NCBI GenBank assembly: GCA_965644265.1
Contig: OZ286461.1
Span: 35,650,001 to 35,714,000, forward strand
Length of the DNA: 64,000 nt
Origin: Glycera tridactyla
Lineage: Eukaryota
Reading direction: 5' to 3'
Shown one piece after another: positions 33,591 through 46,215 of the stretch. Each line of letters begins with the position of its first letter. The stretch's first letter is position 1. Below the pieces are notes generated by a model. It was given only the letters and a program-made list of their open reading frames with translations, was not told the DNA's origin and searched no databases. The position numbers were made by a program, and so were the translations under genes.

Positions 33591-35534
33591 TGCCATTCTA
33601 TTTATCTGCCTTATAGGGGTCTGAATTGCCAAGGCCATGTCCATTGCATGAACATCAGAGCATCAAATTGCTGGCAGGCCCGGGCCCATGGCCCATATTT
33701 TCGTCGTTTTAGCCCGTGGATATAACCTATTATGGGTCCAATGGCTCCCATTTTGATCATTGATGAACAGAAGATGGCCCATCATTTGCAATAATGACCC
33801 ATGATATTTCTAACTCATGGGCCACTGACTTGTCAGAAAATCTGAAGCTCTGGGACATCACAATATAGCACAATTGAAGCTGATATGATCAGGGGTGCAT
33901 CCCAAAGGGGGCATTGTGAATTTCACACATTTCATTGAATATGGGGGGTACTTTGCGCGATCAGGGGTCACAATGCCCCCTAGATCGGCGTAAGGTGTGC
34001 ACTTCTCTGTATTGGGTGATTGCATTTTGAGGAAAGATTTTTGAAAAGATGCCCCTTTTATAGATTTAAGCAGGCAAATGTTCCCAATTTATGTGGAATC
34101 TAGATGCAACCTTGTGTGATAGTGAGCTACAAGTAGTCGTTTATCGCGCGATGTGTACCATCTATAGGCGTTCAGAGAGCGATCGGAATCAGCGAAAAAC
34201 ATCGTTTTTAGCATCAGTCTTCACCCGGTAACCAGATATCCCTAATAATCACCCTCTCCCCGTCTTCACTCAGCGATGATTCTAATAAACACCCAGGGCG
34301 ATTATTACGTCATTTACGGTATGATGGACAAGATTCCAAAGAGATAGCTGGCCCACAAGTTGATATTTTTGGTAGCCATTGCCAAATGTTGGTAGCCATT
34401 GCTAATCACAACCTTTCAATATGTTATGGGCCATTGGCTACTTACTTTGGACTTAGGTGGTCAGGGTGAATTTGGTGGGTAGACATCTTGCCAAAAAAAG
34501 ATGAGATATGTGGAATATTCACTGTGAGTATTCGAGTAATTTCTACTTCAAGATGATTAGAGTCAGTAGGTTATACTGATTCACTGTAGTCTGCGAAGAT
34601 AGGCACCAGTGATATATTGTAAGATAAATGGTCCAGGGGCCGAATGTTGCGTATCGCTTGTTTACATTTGTGTCGCGGACGTGCTGAAAGCCACCGATAG
34701 TGTGGGTTGGGGTGAAGACGCGACTGATTCATCGCTACCTACGTCCCTTGGTTAATAATTTGTCGGCACCTATACGGGTGGGCAGCGACCAACAGGCTGC
34801 AAAAAACGCCATCATCATCCATAAGGCAAACATGAAAGTGGCGAGAACGGGCAGCGAGAGGCGCATCTGATCTACTCGCCGTCCCCACGGGGAGCGACAG
34901 TCGGGGCCAGCGGTCTTTGATCTCTTGCAATAGCTATGCTGTGCAAGATGCGCTCTCTTTTGAAGCTGGCAAGGATGTGATGTATAGTTACCAGGGGAGA
35001 GAGTTGTAAACGAGACATGTGCCCCAAGTCACTTTCATACAAGTCTCCATATATGTAATTCTCACCAACTTTACTTAATTCCCTCCGTTATTCACTAATT
35101 TCCGCCAGTATTGAGACATCAGGGATATTAACAAAAGTGAATAAATCAAGTTTCTCTTGAGATTTGTTTGTTATCTATCATGAAAGTTGCACAGTTTTCT
35201 GAATATTTTGCGATTTTGCAGTGAGTTGAGGGTTAGTGGGTATCATAACCAGGCTTGTCATTCCTGATATTGTTCATATATCAAAACAGTACATCAGCTA
35301 GTGTGCATTGATAATATCACTTGGAGCTGGAGCTGTCAAATGGAAATATATTTTAATGAAAAAAATGAGCAATTTTCTCCATTCTTGAGTGTCAGCTTCC
35401 AGCCACTTACACGCTTAGATTTGCCTCCATAGGTTTACCTGCCTGGTGCATTTCATTTCATGTAAACCGGCATTGTGTGACCCCGTGCGAGTGACTGAGT
35501 ATTCATGGGAGACTTTCATCATGGTACTTTCTTT

Positions 35535-35910
35535 TTTTCCGTCGGAGACGGTACTATTTTCACTTTGGGATTCCCACTCAATCTAAACATTACTATCGTC
35601 CATTTTACGGGCTGATACGCCATGATTTGACAATGTTTCACACACATCCACCTTGGGCTACCATTCGTAAAAGATTGCTATTGAATCATCAGAATTGAAT
35701 CCAAACTGCTTAACTAAATTGTGAAATGTGTGAGAAACAGTCGTTTTTAGCGTGAAACATTGCTAAATTCGGATAACGTAGATAACTAACTGTGTGAGAA
35801 CGTTTGAAATGAAAAATATATTATCAAAAGTGACTCACGGCGGATAAAGAGAGCGCCATTTCAGGGGAAACCCCCACGTGACGTCATATCAGCCTATGCA
35901 ATGACCTATT
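35535..35910. repeat. Dispersed repeat; inverted copy at about 39078-39450, fragment at about 30495-30570
   Basis: Collinear reverse-complement match ending ttttccgtcggagacggtactattttcactttgg. Confidence 0.7.
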
Positions 35911-38139
35911 TGGTGAGTTGATGTCAGAGTGTGACCTAACAAATTTGGAATTAGTAGAATTCCTGTGTATATATGTTCCCGCTTATGTTCACTCAGGACG
36001 TTCTTCGAAAATTTAAGTTGAGATCCTCTGTCAGAATGATTGATGAAGCTGCCCACGCTAGTTGAGACATTGATGAATGAGATATGTGAAATATTCAGAA
36101 TCATGTTGCAGGATATGACTGTTGGCGGTGATGGTGGTAGTGGTGATAATCACTAGGCCAATGATGGTGGTTGTGTTGGTGGAAGCTGCGGTGTCAGTGG
36201 TGATGGTGTTGGTATGCTATAGTTGCCATCCCTGATCCAACCATTGTTGACATTACAATTTGCTTAATTCATGAGGATTCTTCCCTGAATCATCATTCAT
36301 CGTGAATGAAGGTACTGAGGGAGTGGTTGTCATCGATATCAGCTTCAGAAACTATGCCAAAACTTAATCTGAAAGGATTGATTGGGAAAAACACCAGAGA
36401 ACAGTTAAAAGTTTAATAAATCACCTGAGCTCTTCCACTGAGTTGTACTTGCTTGGTTCCCCCGTTCTGTGATGTATGTTTTCGGATCGACCCCAGTGTG
36501 AGTGGGTGAATGATGGTTTCTGGACAATAACTCAGAAAGCCTCAGGGCTAGCCATCTCATATTCGGTGTACAGGCACTCCCATGGTATGACAAAACACCT
36601 ATTGATTTTGGGGTGGCCATCTTGAATTTGAAGGTCACTGAGTGCAAAAAAGTCAAAACAGCTTCGCCTAAAATTTGGTGTACACCTTCAATTTAAAACA
36701 ACGTCATGTCGATTGGTGATTTGTGCCTCCGAGCTTTTTGCACTGAAACTTCCTGGCTTTCGATCATCAAAATTTGAACTTGATGAAAAACTTTTGGTTG
36801 TAAGATGTGATTTATGTCTTTGTCTCAATCAACAGAACTTGCATCACCATGTCAAATTCTGTCAAAGTTGTCAAAGATGTTCTCACGAAAATTCCTGCTG
36901 GAAACACTTACCTGTGAGTCTTCATATTTGAAATTTGTACTTTATTTAAGAAAATGCTGAATGGCTGTTGATTTAATTGCTCAATCATATCTTGGAATCC
37001 AGTAAATCTTGTACATGCACTAACCAAGACTTGTACTGGGTAAGAAATTGCCCCAAGCAACAGGTTTCTGGTAATCCTACCAGCATATTTTTCACTATAA
37101 TTGACCTGTTCTAAACATGGTTTTTTCACTTGCCCTAGCTTTGATCAGTACCAGATATGGTGAATCTCAAATATTTCAACTCTTGATTTTTTTTCAGGAT
37201 GAACGTCTACCTCTGACTGTTGATTTATTTTGTTTTATCTTTTCGAAGATTTTCTCAACACAAATAGTCTATTCACTCATTCTTTTTATTTTCAAATTTT
37301 CTATTTAGAATAATGAAACGCTATCACCAGGGAGAAGATTGGTTTGCCTGTTTTGTGCCATCTCAGCACTATCTGGGCTCTATTTAGATGCCCTTGCAAT
37401 AGAGATGGTTGGGATCATCCTTTCTCTGGGTCCCTAAAGAAAGATGAAATTCCAGAACACTCACAGACACTCAAGGTGCCAAGGAGAAATGAATTTCTGC
37501 ATTCCCTCTGTGATTATTTTCCCCTGAAATTGAGGAATGATCACTAAAATCACAGTCTACGCAGTTAAGTGATGGTCACTTGATATTGATCGCACCCATC
37601 AAAGGGTTGACATTGCAAAATATCTGTGGGCAAATTGTTCCTGCCGGGGCCTACTGTCATTAACAAGACCTTGTGTTTATTAACCTCAGTGTAGCATGCG
37701 CTTCCAATGAATGACAAATTGTGGCATTTACGACGCATTTATGCAACATGGTGATGTTTGATCGCAGTCGCTCACGTGCGATGGCTTCAGAATGCCGATA
37801 CTCGTTCACAGGAGTGATGAATGGGCCGAGGGCCAGACGGCAAGTGTGTCGGAATGCGCACTTTGTTGCAGCGAATGTTTACGCTCCCCCTGGAAATCAA
37901 TGGCACAGTATGAAATGTACACACGTCATGTTAGCACGTGCCGCAAGATCAGCTGTTCGCAATCATGTCGTGACATTCAACTCTGATTTGTTTTGTACTC
38001 CCATCATGTAACGGTGCTGGGGACGATCAATGGTGAGAAGACTGTGATCACATATATGTGCTGACAGCGGGAGATACATGTGTCTTCCTCGTCTATTCAT
38101 CCTTCGCTCACCCGACCACACATCAATATTAATGTCGAT

Positions 38140-38490
38140 GGGGAGAGGGGGAGGGGGGGGGGGGGGGGGTTGCTGAATATTCAGACGTGCTTGATTAACC
38201 GACCTTCACCCTTAAGCCTGCAGAGTATGTCACAGTCATTGCAAATTTTGTTCTTGGAGGTTACCTGATAACAATTGTAACAAGAAATTTCTTCAAAAAA
38301 AAGAATGGTCGTCGATTTACAGTGGAGAGGTGGTAATTTGAAGGGGAAAATGCATGTAGAGAGAGAAAGAGAGAGAGAGAGAAAGAGAGAGAGAGAGGGA
38401 GGGAGAGAGAGCGGAGATGGGGGGGGGGAGAGAGAGAGGTAGAGGCGGGGGGGGGGGGAGAGGGGGGAGGGAGAGAAAGGGAGAGAGATT
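38140..38490. repeat. (GA)n / poly-G purine tract
   Basis: Visible directly. Confidence 0.9.
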
Positions 38491-38583
38491 CATACCAAAT
38501 TGTGTGGAACTTATCCCTGGCCATGTTGTGACAGCACTGTGCTGCTGTGTGCGCTCACACGTTAAATGAGAAGCAGCGAGAAA

Positions 38584-38799
38584 CATCATCTGAATCTGAA
38601 TCTGAAAGTGTTCAACAGAAGGCTTTGCAGCAGGAACAGGAGAACGAGGCGGGCACTCTTAGTAGCGTCCAGCAGGGAGAGCTGCTTTAAAGGCCCCCAC
38701 TGTGTCCTTCAGTCTAGTGTCTGAGGGAAGAGAGTTCCAGTCACGAACAGTTCTGCGATAGAAGGCGTTATTTGCAAGTTTGGTATTGGTAACTGGCTT
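38584..38799 (-). mobile_element. 3' fragment of a CR1/L2/Jockey-group LINE
   Basis: Minus strand 38799-38659 reads KPVTNTKLANNAFYRRTVRDWNSLPSDTRLKDTVGAFKAALPAGRY*, the usual ORF2 C-terminus, then a short UTR and a (TTCAGA)n tail. Confidence 0.75.
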
Positions 38800-40005
38800 A
38801 CCGGCAAATACGCGCATTATGACTCATCTTGGTGATGAAATGAATTCTTTCATATCCATCTGTGTATAACCCATGTATAAATTGCGTGAATCCATCGTAT
38901 ACTCGCAAGAAACAGTGAACTATCAATCGGTAACCTGCTAACGTAACTTTCATGAACAGTTGATTCGGCGATGCTCGGCTAGTGTTCGGGATCGTTCGGC
39001 TAGTGCTTGGCTCATTTGCATACGGTTCGGCAATCTTCAGCCATGGATAGCAATTTATTATGGGATGGTTCGATTTCTCATTTGCATACACTGTTATGAC
39101 GTCACAGAGGGGTTTACCCCATAATGGCGCTCTCTTTCTCTGACATGTGTCGCTTCTGAGAATATTTTTTTTCGTTTCGAACTTTCTCACACAATCAGTA
39201 ATCTACTATATCCGGATATAGCAGTATTTCACGCGGAAATTACTGTTTCTCACACATTTCACACGTTTTTCGAGCAGTTTCAGTTCAATTCTGATGATTC
39301 AATAGCGATGGTTTACAAATGGTAGCCCACGGAACATGTGTGCGAAACATTGTCAAATCATGGTGAATCAGTCTGTAAAATGGACGATAGTAATTTCTAG
39401 ATTGAGTGGGAATTCCAAAGTGAAAATAGTACCGTCTCCGACGGAAAAATACAAACTTTTATTCAGGATTCAGGATCCCTGAACATGTAGATTCAATCTG
39501 GGGTAAGGCGGTTATGATTGCAATGGTGCCGATTTCTGCATAAGCCTGCAACTGGCATTTTAAAAAGGCAAATACTGAACTTGTTCAGGCAAAACCCAAT
39601 CTGAAGAAATCGTAAGAACTGTCCATCGTCATTTCAAATAAAAACATCTCCACAGAGTGGGCTTCAAGCCTGATTGGTTGAGTAAAGTGAGGTCAGACTT
39701 GTCCGATGCAAGAGTTGTACTGAGCAAGAACTTTCTCTAAGCGCATGGTTTTCTCATGTCCCTTGGCTTCTCGCTTAGGACAAGTTTGATTGTATGATCC
39801 TAGCACTAGCCAAGATGTCAAGTTAGTTAGAAGTTACAACATATGACGGAGGAGATGGAGGATTCTCACAGATGAAGATGATGTGACTAGTTAGTCAACA
39901 ATTGGAAGGGATTCTGAGAGGACATTCTTCAGAATGGTTTGCTAGTGTCAACAAATAGAAAGAAACAGAGAAATTGAACAGCAATTCCCTCTTTCAATGA
40001 AAATA

Positions 40006-41011
40006 CAGTCAAACCTCCTCTAACGACCACCTCCAGAGGGCGACCACCTCCTTATAACGACCGCCTATGACCGCGACCGACGTATTTTTCACTGTAATTG
40101 TCTTCCATATAGCGACCACCTCCACCCTCCGACCAGCGACCGCCATGTTTGGTTCGCGGACCTCCCGAGAACGACCACTCACGGCCGGCCGGCCGAGACG
40201 GAGACCGTGAAATCTGCTCAGATTCCGCTTGCTCGCCTCTCAGATGAGCTCACTTTCCCCGCCTACAAGCTAGCAGCGGCCGGTCTCCCTCCTCCAGCGA
40301 CCGCCCGATCAAACTCGACACCGTGAAATCTGCTCAGATTCCGCTCACTCGCCGCTCAGATAAACTCACTTCCCCCGCCAATGAGCTAGCAGCGGCCGGT
40401 CTCTCTCCTCCACCGACCGCCCGATCAAACTCGACACCGTGAAATCTGCTCAGATTCCGCTCACTCGCCGCTCAGATAAACTCACTTCCCCCGCCAATGA
40501 GCTAGCAGCGGCCGGTCTCTCTCCTCCACCGACCACCCGATCAAACTCGACACCGTGAAATCTGCTCAGATTCCGCTCACTCGCCGCTCAGATAAACTCA
40601 CTTCCCCCGCCAATGAGCTAGCAGCGGCCGGTCTCCCTCCTCCAGCGACCGCCCGATCAAACTCGACACCGTGATATGTGCTCAGATCAGCTCACTTGCT
40701 CGCTGCTCTCAAATCGTTATCATATTTAATTTCAAACGAAAGTTCTTCATATTTCTTCAATCGATCTTTACAGCTCGAAAGATAACCTTCTAGAACCACT
40801 AAAATCTTCTTCATGTTCCAAAAATTGCGAGTTTCGTTCATACATCCGGGTATCTTGGTTCTTTGTGATGTTTACAGTAATGGCCGCCACCTTGGCGTGT
40901 AGAGACGGAACACAACGTATTTTTCATCAGAACTTCTCTGTAGCGACCACCTCCCAATAACGACCACTCTGACATGCGACCGAGGGTGGTCGTTATAGGG
41001 AGGTTCGACTG
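40006..41011. mobile_element. TA-flanked CAGT-type element, 1006 bp, with an internal 116-bp tandem array
   Basis: TA-cagtcaaacctcc ... ggaggttcgactg-TA; array anchors at 40204, 40320, 40436, 40552 and 40668. Confidence 0.85.
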
Positions 41012-41088
41012 TAACCTTGAACTTTCATTTTTCTCCAAGTCTGCTTTTTATGCTATTTCTGCTTCAGAATATGATAGTGAAATGTGGG

Positions 41089-41119
<31 letters not shown>

Positions 41120-42374
41120 GACTACTGCTAATGAATAGGATAGGGTCCATTAGGTATGAAATGGCATCATATTGCGAGATCAAGTAGCGCATGAAAAACA
41201 AAAGAAAGTGCACACTAAATTGATCATTTAGTTGAGTTTTGTTACAGTTAAGTGCTCCTTATATGGTAGAGTCAAAGAGATAGTGATTTACAATAGGTAT
41301 GTAACATTTGGTGAAATTGTGAGTAGTATAATATAAATTCAAGGCACATGGCCTGTGGGAGATCATCTGGGCAGTGATGTGGCCATGTTCACATGTGCAT
41401 TCAAGTTTCCTGGTACAAATATGCCTATTGACCAAACTCTAGTGTGATGACCCTTCCCACACCCCTTTTCAAAATATGATTAATTGATTAGGGCCAAAGA
41501 ATGTGTTAAGAATGTGATTTCTCAGGATAGGTCGAACATGAAATGATATGAAATATAATTTGGTTGTAAGCCAGTGCATACAGACTGGGGTAATAAATGC
41601 TGGCCATGTGTATGGGAGTTGACTACTGTATGCACATAAGAGAATCACTGCTGTCTCAAAGAGTAGGGGATTGTCTATGGGCAGATTCGGGAGAGTGGCT
41701 AAATTCAAAGACTGCATTCTGACATGATTTTTCAGCTTACTGTAACGTATTTACTGCCAACGATGCTATTCTCCCGTGGCTCGGTTAAGTTCAATAGGGC
41801 TGTGCCAATGTGCACAAGAGACAGACACTCAGGGCACCTGTTAATTTCTACTGGGAAATCTTCAGGAGGTTTTCTTTCATTTGTCACAAGAAATGACACT
41901 CACAAGAGTTATGAGAGCAATTATGATTCATACCATGATCAGCTATGCATTGAGAAATCACTTGTAATAGTTCCTGATTTATGGCCATCGGCAATCTTTC
42001 CTGAGTCATCCGTGTTCACACTCATCCATGTGATCAGATGGACGCTAACATTTCTGCGGGGTTATTTTCTCCTGGACACTGGCTAGTCTAATGCACTTCT
42101 CTGGCAGCAAGGGAAGGATGATAGCATCGCTCATTGTAATCTGCATCCCTCGTCAATTTATTAATATAATGAATGCAGTGATGCATCGTTATAATTATGG
42201 CAATTAATATTGGAACAATTCATCATGTTTTTTTACACTAGGCTGCCATCATCTTGCAAGAAGTGTTGATGGGATTGGATGGACACAGGATAGACTGATA
42301 CTGCGGGTAAATCCAGGCAGGCTGCCTTTCCCTCATCATGGAATGAGTACAATTCTTTTTTCAGGCCACATGTA

Positions 42375-42546
42375 CAGTCGAACCTAAAGACCGCCTTCGG
42401 TCGCACCAAAAAGTGACCTTTATAGGGAGGTGGTCTTTATAGAGAGGTCATTTAATGTAGAAAATACTACCATGGTCGCAGTTCAGGGCCGTCTTTATAG
42501 GGAAGTGGTCTTTATAGAGAGGTGGTCTTTAGAGGAGGTTTGATTG
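42375..42546. mobile_element. CAGT-type MITE (inverted relative to 32482)
   Basis: TA-cagtcgaacct ... aggtttgattg-TA. Confidence 0.75.
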
Positions 42547-42645
42547 TATTTGTATTATAATTTTCATATTGTATACTTTGAGAGACACACTTGGTAGGAT
42601 GGACAGACGGATGGACGGACGGACTGGCAGGCAGGCAGGTAGATG

Positions 42646-42677
<32 letters not shown>

Positions 42678-43204
42678 TTGCACACTGTACACGCCTCCAA
42701 CATCCAGCTGTGTTAGTGCCATGCTGATGACCATTGGCTTCAAGCAATCTGTACTAGTGGTGGAATAAAGATTGGATGCAGTTGAAAGTCAAATGTAGGT
42801 GAAAGACAGAATTTTTAGATTCATCCAATGTTTTCAGGATAGGAGTGATGTGTTGATTGCCGCCAGTGGATACTTAATCAACATATGTATTCACACTTGG
42901 ATTATCATGAAAATAGGTGATATTTAAGAATGTCATTGAGCAAAATCTTGAATCTGTGCTTTGACACTGTTGTTTTTGCAATGTCAGAAAAGTTACATAT
43001 GCATGACAAAATTGTTTGTGAGAAAGTATCACCACCACTGCCAGCCTGCAGTATATATCTCCCAGTAGTCATAACAATGTCAGTTTTTCCTGTGATGAAC
43101 ACAAAAGAGAATCATTCAAGATATGAATGTCCTCATATATAAAGTAAGAGAAATATGGTCAAGCATGCTTTGTTGTTGGCAGAGAAGATAAAGAACCCAT
43201 GTTC

Positions 43205-46200
43205 CAAAAATCAGGGACTTTGAGCTGCAAATAGATGGTTATTTGACCCTCAGACAAGATAGAAATCTCCAGCCACCAAAGAGAGGAGGTGGTCTCATGT
43301 GCTACTACAAGTCAAACTTAAAGGTGATGCACTGCCCAGATCTATCAACATGCACCAAGAATATTGAATGTCTAGCATTGTCTCTGGAGCTTGAAAGAGC
43401 AAGGAAAACATTTGTATTCAATGTATACCGACCCCCAGACGCAGACGTTGACGAAGGACTATATGAATTGAGTCAGAAGATAAACTTTTTGGACAATATC
43501 CCAGCCAAAGACATTGTATTACTAGGAGATTGCAACATTGACTACTTGAAGAACCTGGCCCCACGCAAGAGTCTTAAGCTCTTTGAAAAAACGCAAACAC
43601 TCACTCAATTGATCGACAGACCAACGAGACTTTCACTTACAGCTACTACTCTACTTGACATAATAATGGTAAATAGGGTAGAAATGTACAACAGATCTTT
43701 GGTCTTGGATACCGGACTGAGTGACCATGACATGGTCCTCACCTCGCGAAAGCACTGCAAAATTTCGAAAGAAAAAACAAAAATCAACGCAAGATGTTTC
43801 AGATCATACTCGAAAGAAGTCTTCTGCTCTAGGCTTAATACTGAACTTGACAACTTTCAGTTCACTGACGACATATCCATTGACTTTGACAATTTCCTGA
43901 CCATCTACCTCCGTGTTTGTGATGAGGTATCACCCTACAAAGTTATGAACATCAGACTAGAAAATGTTCCCTGGTTAACAGAAGAATATATTGCTCTTAT
44001 TCATGCCTTCTCGGATGCTCGAAAAATTGCTCGTAGGTCAGGGATCCCAGATCATATTGCTGTGTCCAATAGGATTAGAAATGAGAAAAATGCAATGGCG
44101 CTGTCATTGAAGAAGTCCTATTACAAAGACAAAATTGAAGAATCCAAGGGTGACTCGAAGAAGACATGGAAAGTCTTTAGAGAATTACTGTCTATGAGAA
44201 ACAATTCTGTTCATATTTCGGAATTGGCTGGTCACACAGACCCAATGGAAATGGCAAATTCCTACAACAGTTACATCACCAGTGTTGGTCCTAACCTTTG
44301 TAAGGACATAACAGGGGAAGGACTTGCCAGTGAACCTGAAATTCAGTCCCCGCCTGAGCAATTTAGATTCAAAATACCTGAACTTCAATTTGTCTCTGAC
44401 TTTCTATCAAGCCTTCCCCAAGGCAAACCGACTGGGATTCCTGGTATCTATTCTAGACATATTCGTGATTCTCACGAAGAAATCGCTCCTTTAATGCTCG
44501 AGTTTCTCTTCAGAAGTATGAATTCAGGCACCTTTCCCAAATCATGGAAAACCTCACAGGTGACCCCTATTTTCAAAGATGGGCAGCGTGATGATCCTTC
44601 AAATTACAGGCCGATATCCATTCTTCCTTTCCCTTCGAAACTGATTGAGAAAGTAGTTCATACCCAAGTATATGACTTTTTCACATTACATGCTTTGTTT
44701 AATAAAGCACAATCTGGTTTCCGCAAGGCGCACTCAACTGAAAGTTCTCTTCTCTACATTACCAATGAAATCTTCACTCAGATGGATAGAGGTAATCTAA
44801 CTGCAATGGTATTCCTAGACTTCAAAAAAGCCTTCGATACCGTAGACCATCTCAGGCTCCTGTCCAAATTGAAGAAATATGGTATCGAAGGCACAGAACT
44901 GTCCTGGTTTGAATCTTACCTAACAGAAAGAACTCAGAGAACGAGCATCAATGGGTCTCTAAGCAACCAACTCCAGGTCACCTGTGGGGTTCCCCAAGGA
45001 TCCACCCTCGGCCCTCTGCTCTTCATTATCTACATTAATGACATAGACTCAGTTTTGTCGTATTCAAAATGTATTCTCTATGCAGATGACACAGCTTTGT
45101 ATTGCTCGGGCAAAGAGAAAAATGAAATAACACTCAACCTCCAGGCGGACCTAGTGGAGATAGAGAGGTGGCTCAAAACAAACAAGCTTTTCCTCAACGT
45201 TCGGAAGACAAAATCCATGCTATTTGGCAGTAAACATAATCTATCCAACTCATCTCCACTGAAATTGACAATGGATAGTTCACTGATTAGTCCTGCCACG
45301 GAATTCAAATACCTAGGAGTTACTCTGGACCCTAGTTTGACTTTTGCCTGTCATATAGACTGTGTCATCTCCAAAGCCAGCCAACGTCTGTACCTATTGT
45401 CAAGAGTCAGGAAATTCTTGTCTATATCCACTGCATTACAATTATATAATAGCCTGACAATCCCGTTACTAGACTACTGTGACACAGTATACGCATCCAT
45501 TGGGTCCAAAGATTCATATTCTCTGCAACTGATCCAGAACAAAGCATGTAGGACTATTCTTCTAGAAAACAGATGGGCGGGCACAGATGTCATGCATCAG
45601 AGACTGGATTTACTCCGGCTTGAAGAGAGAAGGGAATTGCATCTGATACTACAGGTCCAAAGTTGTCTCAAGGGGTTATCCCCACCCTATCTATCTGATT
45701 TGCTTGACCAATCCAGAGATATTCATATGCATGAAACTAGGGGTGCCACAGATTCTTTACTGGTTCTTCCAAGAACAAGGACAAATCTTGGACAAAAGGC
45801 GTTTGCCTTTCAAGGCCCAAAAGCCTGGATCAAAATTCCCCCTGAAATCAGGCAGAAGTTACATTTGACTAAATCCACCTTCAAGGGGCATATCATTGAA
45901 TGGATCAGAGAGAGGACATGATTATTGCTGGTGGATAATCCACATCTAACCTCTATGGTCACTAGAGCATATACGATAGAATGCTATCAAAGCTGCGATT
46001 AGCAACTTTTACCCCCAGACGTGGTACACAGCATAGTAAGGAAAATAACACCCAGGGTGTATATATTTCATTTTATTACAAATTCATTTACTTTACATGT
46101 TTGTGATCATATCCTACAACACATAAATTGTATTACTCTATCAGAGCCATAGCAGATCACATATAGAATAGCAGATATCCGGCTGGGCAACTCATATCCT

Positions 46201-46215
46201 CCCCATAATGAAATA
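43205..46215 (+). mobile_element. 5'-truncated CR1/L2-group LINE
   Basis: No ORF1 and no N-terminal APE motifs. The 3' end is uncertain: either about 46215, or the AATAAAAG + (TCAATC)n tail at about 46485-46522. Confidence 0.8.
43243..45921 (+). CDS. Non-LTR retrotransposon ORF2 (APE endonuclease + reverse transcriptase), CR1/L2 group
   Basis: 892-aa ORF. APE motifs YRPP, GDCN, SDH; RT motifs NYRPISIL, QSGFR, FLDFKKAFD, GVPQGSTLGP, YADDT, FKYLGV. The frame is open upstream to 43192 (IRDFELQIDGY). Confidence 0.95.
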   Translation: MTLRQDRNLQPPKRGGGLMCYYKSNLKVMHCPDLSTCTKNIECLALSLELERARKTFVFNVYRPPDADVDEGLYELSQKINFLDNIPAKDIVLLGDCNIDYLKNLAPRKSLKLFEKTQTLTQLIDRPTRLSLTATTLLDIIMVNRVEMYNRSLVLDTGLSDHDMVLTSRKHCKISKEKTKINARCFRSYSKEVFCSRLNTELDNFQFTDDISIDFDNFLTIYLRVCDEVSPYKVMNIRLENVPWLTEEYIALIHAFSDARKIARRSGIPDHIAVSNRIRNEKNAMALSLKKSYYKDKIEESKGDSKKTWKVFRELLSMRNNSVHISELAGHTDPMEMANSYNSYITSVGPNLCKDITGEGLASEPEIQSPPEQFRFKIPELQFVSDFLSSLPQGKPTGIPGIYSRHIRDSHEEIAPLMLEFLFRSMNSGTFPKSWKTSQVTPIFKDGQRDDPSNYRPISILPFPSKLIEKVVHTQVYDFFTLHALFNKAQSGFRKAHSTESSLLYITNEIFTQMDRGNLTAMVFLDFKKAFDTVDHLRLLSKLKKYGIEGTELSWFESYLTERTQRTSINGSLSNQLQVTCGVPQGSTLGPLLFIIYINDIDSVLSYSKCILYADDTALYCSGKEKNEITLNLQADLVEIERWLKTNKLFLNVRKTKSMLFGSKHNLSNSSPLKLTMDSSLISPATEFKYLGVTLDPSLTFACHIDCVISKASQRLYLLSRVRKFLSISTALQLYNSLTIPLLDYCDTVYASIGSKDSYSLQLIQNKACRTILLENRWAGTDVMHQRLDLLRLEERRELHLILQVQSCLKGLSPPYLSDLLDQSRDIHMHETRGATDSLLVLPRTRTNLGQKAFAFQGPKAWIKIPPEIRQKLHLTKSTFKGHIIEWIRERT

